Assembly: GCA_003344405.1 (NCBI GenBank)
Contig: NOWV01000137.1
Span: 1-64,000, forward strand
Direction: 5' to 3'
Origin: Trichoplax sp. H2
Lineage: Eukaryota
Length of the DNA: 64,000 bases
Under the pieces are notes generated by a model that searched no databases, was not told the DNA's origin, and saw nothing but the letters and a program-made list of their open reading frames with translations. Within the stretch, counting starts at the first letter, position 1. Each line of letters starts with the position of its first letter. This document shows positions 12,401 to 26,192 of the stretch, piece after piece. The position numbers and the translations under genes are program-made.

Positions 12401-15400
12401 GGAAATTTGCCTATTGGTTATTACTGATATCTAGAAAATTAAACGTTGCCAAGAAACGATTACAAAAATTAAAAGAATTGATGAAAATCGTTCAAGAGGT
12501 AACTATTGCTCGTTATTAATGTAAGAGTAATTTCTGGGCAGCTTTTGCTTTGGAATATGTCAATGAACTTATTTATTACATTTCTTACGAATTATCAACT
12601 AGTCATCCGCTGAGCAACTACCACCGGATTTATTACAATTAACAGAGGAGCTGACCACATCCAATCCCGATAATAGGAGCGACAGCAGTGTATGCCTTTT
12701 CATTGTTATTACCAAGATTTAACTATCAATCGTTATCAGTATTGCGACAGTATACTATGTCATCATTCTAGGTATCTAGTATTAATAGACCAAGATTGAA
12801 AAAATCTGAAAAATTACATACGGAAGAAAGTAACAAATCTGATGATGTGGACCACTTTCAAGAAGAGCAATTGCATAAACTGCAAGAAAAGCAAGAAAAG
12901 TTATTACATTTAAAGAAAGTTCTCGAAGAACTAAAATCTTCTCTCTCTGATTCTCTTAACCTACCGCCAGCACCTACAGATGATGTAAGATTGAAATTAT
13001 AATCGGTTGTATAATTCTTGGTATAGGAATATTTGTTGCTAAGATTTCACATTATGTATCTAGCTGGCCGCAAAGAGTGATAAAAGGAATGATTTAGGTA
13101 CGTGAAAACTTTTTCTGGTTTATCTTACTTTACGTAAATTGTTCCTGAATTTTATTGTTGATACTGATTTCTATTCAAGCTTTGAATAATTCCAATTCGG
13201 CACTATGGGGTGAACTACGTAAGCGGCGCGAATTACAGGAAGAGCTTAAAAGTAAAAGAAAGCAATTGCAGCAATTGCTTGCTGTAGAAAAGGCAAAGGT
13301 AGATTATGTGATACCGTAATGTTGTGTGATCGAAAGTGTTGTTGAGTCAGGGCCTTAATCATGTCAATTGTACTTTAGGAAATGGAAGGCTTGGCGAATG
13401 GGCCATCGTAAGTTTAGCTAAACCGTTGTATGACAATTAACTTCCAGCAATGTGTAGATAATATCTTGACCGAAGTAATGTTAACTTTAATATTGCACTT
13501 TACAGAGTGAATGGCACCGAAGAAGTTATGGGGTTAGTCCTGTATTGACGTAAATGCTTCATATTTATACATACGTTGATGTACAGTATAGTGAGTAGAA
13601 AGATTGGTTGTACATGATGTTGCATTTAAATAGAAATACCTTAATACTATTATGTAAAACATGATATGAAGTGTCACAATTTTGATTTAATTAACTAATG
13701 TTTATATTATCAATTTAGAATATGTTCTATTGAGTTGCTGTACCGTATGCAAACAGTATTACCTACCGTATAATAATAATTTTAATGATACATACGATCA
13801 TTTTTCTCGAAAATAGAATTATGGAGTAATTATCATGATTTTGGTGAAAGTAGTCATATAAATAAATACTATGAAATCCCTAAGCCAAAGCCATGTGCAA
13901 TAAATGCTCGGGATTAAGTCACAAGGCTAGGTTATGTACACATTTTGATACTTGTCAAAGTGATTATATTCTCTTGCTAATTAATAAGATATGGATATGA
14001 CGGTGCCACCACTCAAGCAACGTGGGGTGGTTCTACGCCGGACGTTGGGGATTTTAACGCAAATCTAGAAGGTATAATCTATGATGCCTGTTTTTATCAT
14101 AATGTAACGCTTACATTCTAGCTATGTAAGTTTTTATTTTTAATGGTTATCCTTGAATGAATAATTTAAATTGACTTTTCGTTATTAGTAGCTTGGTTTT
14201 TGTACAAAGCGCGTAATGAATGACTTTATTAATATAGACGACTTGGATGACGGTTACGTTGCAACCAGAGGTATGGAAGAAGATTCTGCTTCTAGCGAAT
14301 CTAATGAAATCGGTGAGCAATTTTGGATTGTTAATGTATTTGCCATTCGCATTGGTAAAGTTACATTGAAGCGAAACCGGACCTTGTAGCTTATCTCTGA
14401 TCATACTAATTGTTTATTAATTCTATAGAATCTGACGATAGGAAGGAATTTAAGTCTGATAGAAATCGTAGTAGAGACTATCGTAATGTTGATAATGATT
14501 TGGTAAATAATGAATTGGTGGTCAGCCAACTTTATGATGTACTGTACAGTAGAATTGATTCTTGTTTTTGACTGCCGTTAGTTGAGTAGGAAAGAGCTAC
14601 TTGCAGTTAAAAGGCAGTATGCCGGCCTAGGAAAGCAAATGGATGGAATGAAATCTCTTTTACAATCGCTAGCAGTTAACTTGCGAGTGCCTTCCAAATC
14701 TGATGAAGGTTAGGGATTGTATACGTATTGCAAATAACATACTTATGAGTGCTTGCGGTAGTCAGTATATAATAGGCTTACATAACGTGAATATTGCTAT
14801 TAGAACGGTGAATTAATGAATTAAGCATTTGTTTAGCTCTTTGTACTAATGGACGTAAATTGTCAAATAATGATTTATGATGTTATATTACATTGTTATT
14901 CTATATGCGTAGAGATGTATTTATCTGAACCTAATGAAAGACCAAATTTTGGTGCTGTCCGTAAAGGGCAGGATCAAGTATACATGAGGCAGCTGGAAAT
15001 GAGTAATACATTAAACCAGTGTCTTTTACAACAAATGAAGCAACAACAGGAAATACAGGAAGTTCAAAAGCAAACGAACCAGCTGTATTGGATGTTCATG
15101 GATCGCCGTCATAAATATACTGATCAGGGTTCGTTATAGAGTTCACTATCGTATATAGTAGAATGCTTGTTTAAATTTGCGGAACCGAAAGGAATACTCG
15201 CATTGTACTTTATAGGAAGTAGTATTTTCAGATTATGTAGCCCGATTTATATCCTGAATTTTCTACTTTATGCAGCATTAGGCAGGTTGTACTCGGATTC
15301 AAGCTTGACATCGGGTCCGGAAAGTACTAACAACGAAAGATCATTCCAACGTTCAAAGAAAGGGTATGAAAAGGCAACTAGTGACTGAAAAAAAAACAGA

Positions 15401-18400
15401 TTACTTTAGTTACGTGTTGCTGACTGGAAATGATGATTTCATCTAAGGATTCACTACCTTATCTAAAATGTCTATTAAGTTATTGTAATTAACATTTAAC
15501 GTCGATCGAAAATTATCCTTGGTTAACTTTCCTAACTTAGCTTATACACGGATAATTAAGTGTTCGTCTATGTTCCGATAAATTACGTTTATCTATCTTA
15601 TCTTAAGTAAAAGTCATGAAGATCTTTTAAGGCGGATAGCCAGCGATAGGTAAGTTGTGGTTTCTGCTGATTCTATGCTGCTTATAATGTAATATAAGTC
15701 AATACATTAAAGGTACACGTTATTAAATGTAGAGAGTCTGGTATAACAAGTGCTACCGATCAGTCACTTTTCGAAACTTTAAGAGAGCCAATCTATTCTG
15801 AAGTAGCTGCATTAATATCTCAAAATGAGGACAGGCCTCACTTTTTGGTAATACTTACAATATAATAGCTTCACTGTACTGTGTTGTCGTGATAATGTAA
15901 TTACGAATGTAAAGAAGTTTTATTGTACGCATTTGCTACAGCATCGTTTATATATTTTCGTTAGATTGAACTATTCCGAGAACTACAACAGTTAACAACG
16001 GATTATTTACGTCAGCGAGCGATATTTTCGTTACAAGACCTTACTAGGCGTTATTTGCGGGAAGATACCATAGCTACAAGAGAGCCACAGCGCAATCAAC
16101 GGGTACGCTTTCTAATTAATTTATACTCCCAAGGGGCTCTTTAAGAGATCGATATCGCTTTCCAGTACTGTTGTAGACATGATGTAGGAATAATCAAGAT
16201 TTATTCTATTATTACTAAGCCTTGGGCGTTATCAAATGCTACTTCCGAGCATACACCAAGTGAAAGTATTGCTACCATTGATGATGAAGAAATGCAGGTA
16301 ACGCATTGGTGTTAGTTTATACTTCTGTAGACGTTTGTGTTGTTTAATTAAAATCTATCTTATTGCTGTAAATATTCACCTATTTCGTAAATGATTGCAT
16401 TAGGCTCAACTAGGAGGGCGCCGTAGCAATCGAAGACATACTCAAGACGACGATATTAGCTGTTTGAGCTACGATTACATGGAAGTGGTTGATTCGGCTA
16501 CATCTATGGCCACTCCACCGTCCAACTCCAGCCCGTACGATTTACCTTTTGCTTCAGACTCTTTAGGAGATACAATTATCCACTTAGATAAGGTGATACG
16601 CGTAATTTACGAGCAGTTTTAATCATTTATTAAGATTGTACACGCTTAGTATGTAATTTCTACTAAGCTAATAATTCATTTATTATGATCCATTTGTTTA
16701 ACTATACAGGCACTTAAAGAAGTTAGAGCCGTTGATGAAAGGGCACGACGTGGTACATTCACGATAGGTAATTCTGCAGTGGGTTTCTTACGTTAATTTA
16801 TACTAGTCATCTACCATCTCGAGACTGCTTAATGGCGAAAATAATTCATGTTCAGAGCGTCTATGAATATTTGGAAATAAACTATCTTTTCAGAAACGGA
16901 AATGGCCAAGGAAGGAGTTGATAAGATTTCGAAAGCAAGTAGTATTGAAAGTCATAAAAGGAAGGGCGATGCAACTTTAAGTAATAATAGCTCCGCTTAT
17001 GATGTTGAAAGTAGTTCATCGTTGAGCGATGTTCCTTACCCTCGCGTTAATACTCAAGAACTGGACCGACGAATACATGTGATTCTAAAGGTATAGATTT
17101 ATTTTGGCTTATTTTAGAACTAAGGAAATTAACCACGAAATTTTGTTACCAGGAACTGGTACCCTACATAAAGGAACACTCGCAGGAATCTTGTTCTTCG
17201 CCTATGTTAAGTGCTATTTGTGCTCGTGTTCTGTCGTTAGCACAGAATCAAACCGAAAATGAGGAGTTTGCAAGATTCTTTCATCGTCAGTTGAACTCAA
17301 CATTGATAGACTCGCTTGGAAAATATATTGGAAGAAGGTGATTGCGCAATTTTAAAGTTGTTATCAAGACTGTCAGTTAAAGATCTAGTGTGTATCGATG
17401 TTTTTATAATTTATTGATGTTATTCTTGTTATATGCTGCCAACTATCAAAGTATGAAGATCGTAGCACAGGAAATTCTAGTCGACATTTCAGAGATTCTA
17501 TTTAATGAGCTAGCATTCTTTGAACTTATGCAAGATGTCGATAGGTAACGATTCTAAACCAAAGTAGCTAAGCTTTCACAATGGTATATCTGTAATAGTT
17601 ATAATGTGAATATTTATGCTAGCCACGAAAAATCAAGCCAAGAAATACCATCCTATTTACCCAGCGGTAGTGGTAATCAACAATATACAAGTGAAGGTAG
17701 CAAGATTTGCTGTGCTATGATGCAGTAATTTTAGACAAATTCCATCAGTTTGTCCTTGTCGTTTTTAAGTCTTTTTGGTGTCCATAATATTATCGTACTT
17801 TTATATTTCTCACGCAGACGGGAATGATAATTCAGAAATTGACTCTGAAACTGAAGCGGAAAGCGCTGAAGATAAGCCAGTTGATTCCGTTCATGAACGA
17901 GAGGTAAAAACCGCAGTTGATATGCTATCGAAAGATAAGAGTGATCAATCTATGGACGTTGAAATGGAAGAATTAGGCAAAGTATGTACGATTAGATTCA
18001 TTCTATGAAAGACATTGTTACATGCAGAGTTTGTATCATTACCATTTTATCAAGCCTAACCTGAAACTGTAGCATTAATTTGATTCGTCTTCAAATAACT
18101 TCATTTTTAACGGTAGGATCGCGACGATGCTATGGCAAATCAGTTTGAAGAGCGGTCAATTGAGCTGATGCAGGAAACGGAATTTATTGATTGTACTGGC
18201 GATTCTGCGTAAGTATTTTCTATTGCTTTTAGTAGTCGGCTCAGGATTATTGCATTTGGCTTGTTAGCAATGATTAATTTCTGGCGTTACAGTCAAACGG
18301 AAGATTTTAATAAAATTAGTACTGGAAATAACTTGGATGGCAAACAACACTCGACGGAAGGCAACTCCACTATTAGCAATGAAACTATTACCGACGACAA

Positions 18401-19243
18401 CGGCAATTCAGCGGATATGGAGGTACCAACCAGATTACTATTTATTCATGTGGATTAAATTTAAGGAACAATGCATTTTCAGATCTGATAGCAATGAATT
18501 TTCGCATCTTAGGTTAAATCATTTAGCAAACTCGATGATGAAGACGATCAGCACGTTGCAAATACGGGCACAGCAGATTTTGAGGTAAACACTAAGCAGC
18601 TATAATAGATGTCATAAAACCTATGCAGAAATTATGACGAAGCTAAAACTGATCTGCAATTGATCACTTACTTTGCGATGCTACTCTAGTATTGAAGGTG
18701 GATAGAATTAATTGCTTTCTCTTTTAACATGTACACTTCAAACGCTTCTTTAGAATGACGAATTAGGTGTTGAACATCTTCCTTCGAAATTGGATGTGAT
18801 GACCAAGGTTAGCAATGCTTGCTGTAATTACGGAGCTGAAATTGTAATTAATAGCAAAAGATTGTTCTATACGTAGTTAGCATATGTTGAATACGTATCC
18901 TGATAAATCACGCATATCAAATGATAGGAACAGCTGCTAGAAAAAATCGAGGATGAAAACCGCCAAAATGATCCAGTGGTAGCAGTAATAAACACTTCTT
19001 CGGATAAAGGTTTTTTATAGTAATCACAACCTTGAAAGTTGTGTTTTTATTTGTGTTAGGCAGTATTCGGTATCTTTAAAATAGTACTACTTTGGCAGAA
19101 TTGTTATGATCTTTTCTTTATTTTGGAGACCTAAGATTTTTTGCTCATTTACTATCGAAACAAACAAATAATCTTTAGAGCTGGCTTCCACTAATGAAAA
19201 CATCGATCCTGCTACTTTTGCAAGCGAAGCTTCCACTCAGTAA
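9472..19243 (+). CDS. PCM1: Pericentriolar material 1 (centriolar satellite scaffold), many short exons
   Basis: Spliced exons give TDQSLFETLREPIYSEVAALISQNEDRPHFL|IELFRELQQLTTDYLRQRAIFSLQDL (PCM1 C-terminal domain), ATWGGST, RITND, DVPYPRVNTQELDRRI, FARFFHRQLNSTLIDSL and VEHLPSKL, plus many coiled coils. Stop TAA at 19241-19243. Confidence 0.93.
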
Positions 19244-21499
19244 CGGGAACATTTGAATAATTTACAATGCTATAAATGATTCATCGCTTATCATTACAGC
19301 TATCGAGGTTTACTTTATAGCGATATTGGCTAGGCAGATTAGTGGTAGTATCCAATACCAAACAGAGTTTTGTCGTAGATTGTTGTCAGTAGGAATGAAA
19401 TACTGCATCACGTATTGCATATGCAGTTAAATGGAGCTATACAATTGGAAGTTATTCCGGGTGATGAATAATCCCTGAGTTGGGCACTTGTAACATAGCT
19501 GTTATTTAATTTACGGCAGTCTAGAACTTACAATCATTCAATAATACTGCTTGCTTGTATGTATTTTATTTAAAGATCGCGACACCACCGGTAAATGCGC
19601 GTTTCATACTTTATTTCTTATATTCAATGTCGTCTTTAAACTTTAATTGACAACTATCAATAAATGTAATATTAATAATCCTCTTTTGAAAATTCTTAAA
19701 CGGATTGTTTTCACAACACGCATTCTTGCTTATAATAAATGATTAGATGATGCGTGTATCCTTGCAGCTGTACCACTAAATGTCACTATCGATTAACAAT
19801 ATTATCAGTGCATTTTTTTAAGGTGATCCAGCCCTGTATATTTTAGATTTTCATAAGTTAACATGCAATAAATGCCACTGTTACCTTCACCTCGGTCAGG
19901 TTTTTATTGTATTTCTGAGATCGTAATTTGCCCATTGTTGGTATTAGTATATTTTTAGGTCTTGGAATAACTTACGCATATGGCTTTGAATTAAGATACT
20001 ACGTAATACAAATGTAGATAGGCGTATTTAGGGTATTATACACTGTTACAGTAGAGAATGACGAGGGCAACTGCTCTCACAATATAAGCATACTTATTTA
20101 CAGCTTCAGTCTTTGAGGCCTGATTGGTACCTGATAATGGTATTCGCAGATAAATCATGACGTGGTTTATTAACTTACTGCAGCGCTGAATCTTATAATT
20201 AGTAATTCAATAATTTGTTATATTTAAACCTCGCAAGTGGATTTACGAGTGCTAACAAACTTGGCTTTCCTCAACTGCAAGCTCACGGCTTACGCATATG
20301 TCAAGGTATTCTATCATGGATCAACGTAATACGCTATAATGAAATGCAGTACTTGATTAAAGATCTGATAAGATCATAAATTACTATGACTATCCGTAAA
20401 ATGTGGTTTAAATTTCTTTGTAACTTGGATAATAGCTTGGACTTGCTTTGCCGTTGTAGTATACTCTATTTATTCATTCAGTTTAATCGTAGTGTAAGAC
20501 TAGCCATGTACATGGGCTCTAACTGTAAAAATTTAACTATTTATTCTTATGAATACGTCACATAAAAAATGGTCAAAGTATGATGTCTTATGCTTAGAAA
20601 TAGATCTTTTATATGTACAGTACTTAGATTTAACCGTGGATTATGACAATGGAAGTTCTCTATTAATAACTACATCACATACAATTGCGATAATAAACGG
20701 TTTTCGAATTTTTAAGCAATCTCCTACTTCGCTATAAATCTGTAGCAGCTAGCTTTCTAGTATTAGAAAATCTTACCAAGTGCACCTATGTTCGAAATAC
20801 GGTACCAAAACATTCATCAGATTGCTAGAAGATTAGTATACTATACTTAGTAAATATTTCAGTTCTCTACTCTAGGGCTACTAGGCTCGTCTGAAGCTTT
20901 CTTGCTAATCTTCTTTATTACGTAAGAGAAGAGTTTTGAAAATGTGGCAAAGATAAAAATTGCTATATGATTATATCTCTAAGCTTTAACGCTAAAAAAA
21001 AGGAAAGACTACGTAATGCTGCTTTCCTAATAACATTTATAACAATGTACGCATATCTTCTTTGCCTATGAATGTTATTGATACATTACTTTTACAGAAT
21101 GCAAATAGGTCAATTACGCGTATGTTGTACTTTAAATCACTAAGGAAGGTACCTTTGCTCTAACATTTAATAGAAGCAAATTACGAATCAGTACTTAGTA
21201 GATGTTGATAAAACAATAAATATTAATTATACCCAAGCTGTTTTGTTAAAAAGTAAATTTTGATAGCTACCATTACAAGTATGAGCACCTAGTCATTGGC
21301 AATTAGTGTGGTTAAATGTCCAAATACTAGTATATGCTTGCAATCTATAGCAATACTAGTAATATCAACACGTACACTGTACAGCTAAGATTACATAGGA
21401 GTTAGCAAGAGCTACGGATAGCTTAGAGGCATTAAATCGAGTTTGACTTAATTAGATAGAAGTTAATTTTTAAATTTAGAGCTCTATATTGTGCTATTG

Positions 21500-21870
21500 C
21501 CGAGGCGGCACCTCTAATTTATAGTGCTTTTGGAAAATGCAGTGGTATATTTGACCCCGAAATTGTAAAAATAAGCCATAAGATTGTAGATGTAACAGCA
21601 ACTATTGCTGATCAAATCGTAATTCAAATTAATCAAACTCATACAATCAACTTCGCTAATAACCATACACCCAGTTTCCGTAACAAAACTATTAATGTTG
21701 CTTGCCGAGCAGCTCTTCCAATTTAATACAGATTCTAAGGTAGTGTAATTTGATATTGAATATAAAGAGTCTAACAAAGCAGTTGATGAATGCCGAACCG
21801 TTAATAAGGTAATTACTTAGAGGCAACGCTATTGCGATGCAAGTATCGATTCAATGCACAAATTGGGTGT
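21500..21870 (+). pseudogene. Decayed copy of the CRD-like gene at 25171-26192
   Basis: Translates as PLIYSAFGKC...RNKTINVACRAALP*...FDIEYKE...VDECRTVNKVIT*RQRYCDASIDSMHKLGV, colinear with PLVYGTLGKC...RNKVADVACRSAFP...FDVQDGEC...INECPLAIKLVLQQQRYCDLSIRRTKKLGI. It has stops, frameshifts and lost cysteines. Confidence 0.8.
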
Positions 21871-24800
21871 CAACTATATATGAAAGAATGGCTATTTACA
21901 AGCTGTCTTGATATTTTGTATTAAAATAAATAACCAACTTCGTTATAACCATTATAATATAAAGCGGAATTTAACTGAAATTGAATTGCACGTTTGGAAC
22001 TCATTACTACATACATAAGTGTATATTAAGTTTACAGCAACAGCGCTGATATCTGCGCGTAAAATACATTATACTGTATTGATTGCGCTGCTGAACATGC
22101 ACATCGTAGAATACTCTATCTTAACATACTGTATACTATACTGTATTATTGTAGACGTAAGTTTCAGTGAAAAGTGTAGTACTCGTACATAATAAATATA
22201 TTCATCAGTGTGAACAGATAATTTAAAGATTAAAACTAGTTCAAACTAGGTTATTTATGCATTGGCAATTATTCAATTTTTGTAATTAAGCTAGCAATTG
22301 CAGCGCATAGTTGATATATTGCTTTTAGAAATGTAAGATGTTAATTAGGAACTTTCTAGGCATCCAGTCGTACCTAATCATGAATAACTAAATGCAATCT
22401 TTTCATTTTGCCGTATATCTTACTTATTAAGCTAATTTATTACTAGTAATCAAAATTTTACCTTATACGCATGACATACCGTGCAAGTTGGTACTTGCAC
22501 GCATCTATTTATTTGTTCATTTCACGGTATTTATTTATTCAATTAATTATACAATGCTCTACAATATATCAAAGTTTTCTATCTATTATAATTATCATGC
22601 TCGGCACATTATCACTTTGCCGTGTTATCGCTTAGATATAATGGCTTGAATAAATTTAATGATACTGAAGGAATTTAGATAGCATAATTACTTAGCAAAA
22701 GTTTCCAATATTAATAACAAAGCGGCAAGATATGTAACTACGTTTATAGGTCTATTACTCTGTAATAGACGTACGCTTGTTGGTTGTACAAGAAAGGCAA
22801 TCGACCATAACCCCTATCAAAGGTATTGAGGCTTAATTTTCCGGAGGCAGAAACATAAAGATATCATCCGAAATATGAAGCAAGTGTGCATTACCCGATA
22901 TAACTTACCACGGTGCGTAAGAGCATGTTTTGCTACAACTAAGGTAAACATTCAAACAAGTTGCTTTGTTGAGGCAGACTATTGCACCTTGTGCTATCGG
23001 CATCCCTTCAAGTAGCTAGGGACAGTAATTTGACCTACAGTTAGGGTTAGGGTAATCGTATACAAGAGGCGTTCCTAATTTTTATAAAAACCTATAAATA
23101 AGTGCAGCGTATCGCTTAAATCTTCAGAACTTTCTGGTTCACTGCCCGCAATAATAACAAAAATTTGGCTGTTCCAGAACTGAAACATTCGAAGTTCATC
23201 TTTAAAAATTCCATTTCCAGTCCTCGTGGTAAAAAGCTACTAGCGTTTATCAATCTCAATTTAAGTAAACCTGATTTCCCAGCCTATATTCTCGAGCTAT
23301 CGTACCATTTTATTGGCAAGCAGACAGTTGCAGCGATCACTTTCAGTCTTATACTTTATTTGTCCACTATAATTAGCGTAGTAGACGGTACATAAATTAG
23401 TGTCTTCTTGTCCTGTGGTTATAATATGTTTTGTTATTTGCTGCAAAATGCGAGTATATCTTGCTTTCTAATCTTGCTCTCTTATTTGTAATGATAATAT
23501 TGTTTACTCCAGTTACATGAAGTCAGCTTCATGTTGTCTACAATTGGTAAAATATCAAATTTACTTCAAGTAATTGACTTACAATAAGCATATTACTGTA
23601 TTACAAGCTAACTGAACAGGATGCTGCTATCAACATTTCAGCAATTATTGACCGTCCGAGTTTCTTGACTATTACGCTATTGATACTGTACTGATTGCTT
23701 TCATTTTTGCGTCTTCTTACAGATAACTTGTAAAAATGAATCGACGTTTCAGTTCTATTAAGTCTATAACCCACTTACTTATCCTGATGGTTATGATGCC
23801 ATCGACGTTAGCATTAACTGCAAATTCTTTAAGATTGAAACCGGAGGTAAGGTCATTAAATCAAGATACGCGCATACGAATCCAAAAGGCTACTTGCAGA
23901 TAATTTCAAATTAGGTCCATTTCTAACTGATATGCAATAGGCTATATGTTCAATAAGCATATATTTTATTTGCTTGTTCAGTATTTAACAAAGTTACCTA
24001 ATGTTGATTGAGGATACTAAAGCATATCATACCATAATTACATAATGGTTTTAACAGTTTTGGTACCAACAGTAAAGAATAATTACAATAGTATCGTACT
24101 ATAGCATATGAATTAGAACATGCCTAAGGTAAAACTAAACTTAAACTAAACTAGTGATATAATGCTCTTCAAAGCCAATGTTATATGGTTTACGATTCCA
24201 TAGTACATGCAATCTGATAATAAATGGCTTGCAGTTATTCTCATGGCAGGATAAAGATATAATTTCTTATAATTAAACATTATAATTGGCATTTCGCAAA
24301 CCGTAAACTTATTAACAAGTCAAGCTGCTATTGATTAAATCACAAGAACATATAAGTTGCCTTCAGATTCCATAAAATTCATCAGCTTTATACATAATCT
24401 TTTGATAGGCTAAAATGCATGACCTAAAGTTCCTGTTACTTTATAGCATTGTTGGCATTTAAGTAAATGATCACTAGAGGTCTATAACCGAATTTTTCTC
24501 TTCACTTCACCAAGCTTTCATTCGATATAAAACATCAGTATTGTTCAAAATATTAAAGCTATCTTGACATTCGAATAAGGAAGAGTGAAGGTTTTGTTAC
24601 GATTAAGAGTTAGATTATATGAATTATGATACTCAGACTATTAGTACTTCATAGCTTTTATTTAAATTTTTTAATGGTTTATTACAATCACGGATTCGTA
24701 TACGAGCTAGTGTTCCGGTAATCTTCGCCAATGTTATTTAACCGCATTGCCAGATGACAACTGTCAGCTTCTCTAACAACAAATAGTAGAAGGTTAACTC

Positions 24801-25170
24801 CTTGTCGACTAAACTAAAGAAAAATTGAGTTCCTTAACGTGTTATATTACACGAAACAAACAATATCGCAAAACGTTAGTCATCAACGACCAGTATATAG
24901 TCTACGATCAAAATCACTACGTTCCATAATTATTTACAGTGCTGACTTATTTACTCTTAAGTTTGCTATTACTGTCACTTCAATGGTCGCTTATGTATTA
25001 AGGTATAAGCAGAAAGATCAACATTTTATTTGATTAAGTTCTGTATTATATTGGAAAATAAAATCTTTTGCCAGTGTTACGGTCAATTTATATATTTTTT
25101 GGTAATTTACATTTTTTGATGCTGAAATAATAAAATACTATTAATTAATATGTTCTTATGATAAATTTAG

Positions 25171-26192
25171 GATGTAATTTCATCTTATCGCTCAAATCGC
25201 CAAAAGTTAGCCCCATTAGTTTATGGTACTTTAGGAAAATGCGTCAATATGCCAAGTAAAGCCACTCAATTTTGCTCATCGAGCTACATGATACCGGAAG
25301 TTTCAGCAACTATGGCTGCTGGAATGGCGCATGAAATGAATCTGTCTATGGCAATGATATTTAACACTAATCCTACAGCGGCTTGTCGTAATAAAGTTGC
25401 AGATGTTGCTTGCAGGTCAGCTTTCCCAAAATGTGATTCAAAAGCAAAGACGGTAAGCTTTGATGTGCAAGATGGAGAGTGTCTTAGAACAATTAATGAA
25501 TGCCCACTTGCCATTAAATTAGTCCTTCAGCAACAACGATATTGCGATTTAAGTATACGTAGAACGAAAAAATTGGGTATTTGTGTTAAACCTAAAGTAA
25601 CGGCTTTAAAAAATTGTCCTAAATCGCAAGCTGATGTAGCAGTACCAGATTGGCTATCTCATGATTTGCAATTTCAAGATAATACCATCACTGTTGCTCA
25701 GGCCATGTTAATTGCTGCTAATGTTAGTCAAGAGTGTACAAAACAGATAGGCTATTTTCAGTGTACCGGTCAGCCATTTTGTGCAAATGACAAGAAAACG
25801 GTCGTTAGCTATGGCAGTAAACAACGATGTTTGCAAGCGATGCAATGGTTAGTATTCTTTCCTCGCTATAGCGTAATAATATTTTTTTTGCATACAGCAA
25901 ACGAGTTTCAAACGCTAAAGTTTAATAGCTTCTAATTTTGGTCTACAATGTAACACGATATTCGATATTCTAACTGCAAATATATCCTTGCTTTCTTCTT
26001 TGAAATACTTATAGCTTACCGCCGCCGATGCGAAGTGCTCCACAAACATATGGTTTCTGTGGCCTCTTCGTTGATGAGACCGAAGCTGAAGTGTATACGA
26101 ATTCAGCTAGTCGCGTGATGAAAAATTCTTTGGTTGTGGCGTTATCATCTATACTTGTATCTTTATGGGGTGTTTTGCCACCAACTGATTAA
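25171..26192 (+). CDS. Cysteine-rich protein with two tandem Frizzled-CRD-like domains and a GPI-anchor-like C-terminus (5' exon not located)
   Basis: Exon 25171-25847 has two repeats of a C..C..C.......CxxxxPxC..C..C..C pattern. Exon 26015-26192 ends NSASRVMKNSLVVALSSILVSLWGVLPPTD* (small-residue omega site then hydrophobic tail). Confidence 0.65.

Noticed and set aside
13817-13918. Possible extra PCM1 exon (ELWSNYHDFG...)
   Set aside because: The flanking exons join in phase 2, in which this segment reaches a stop within a few codons.
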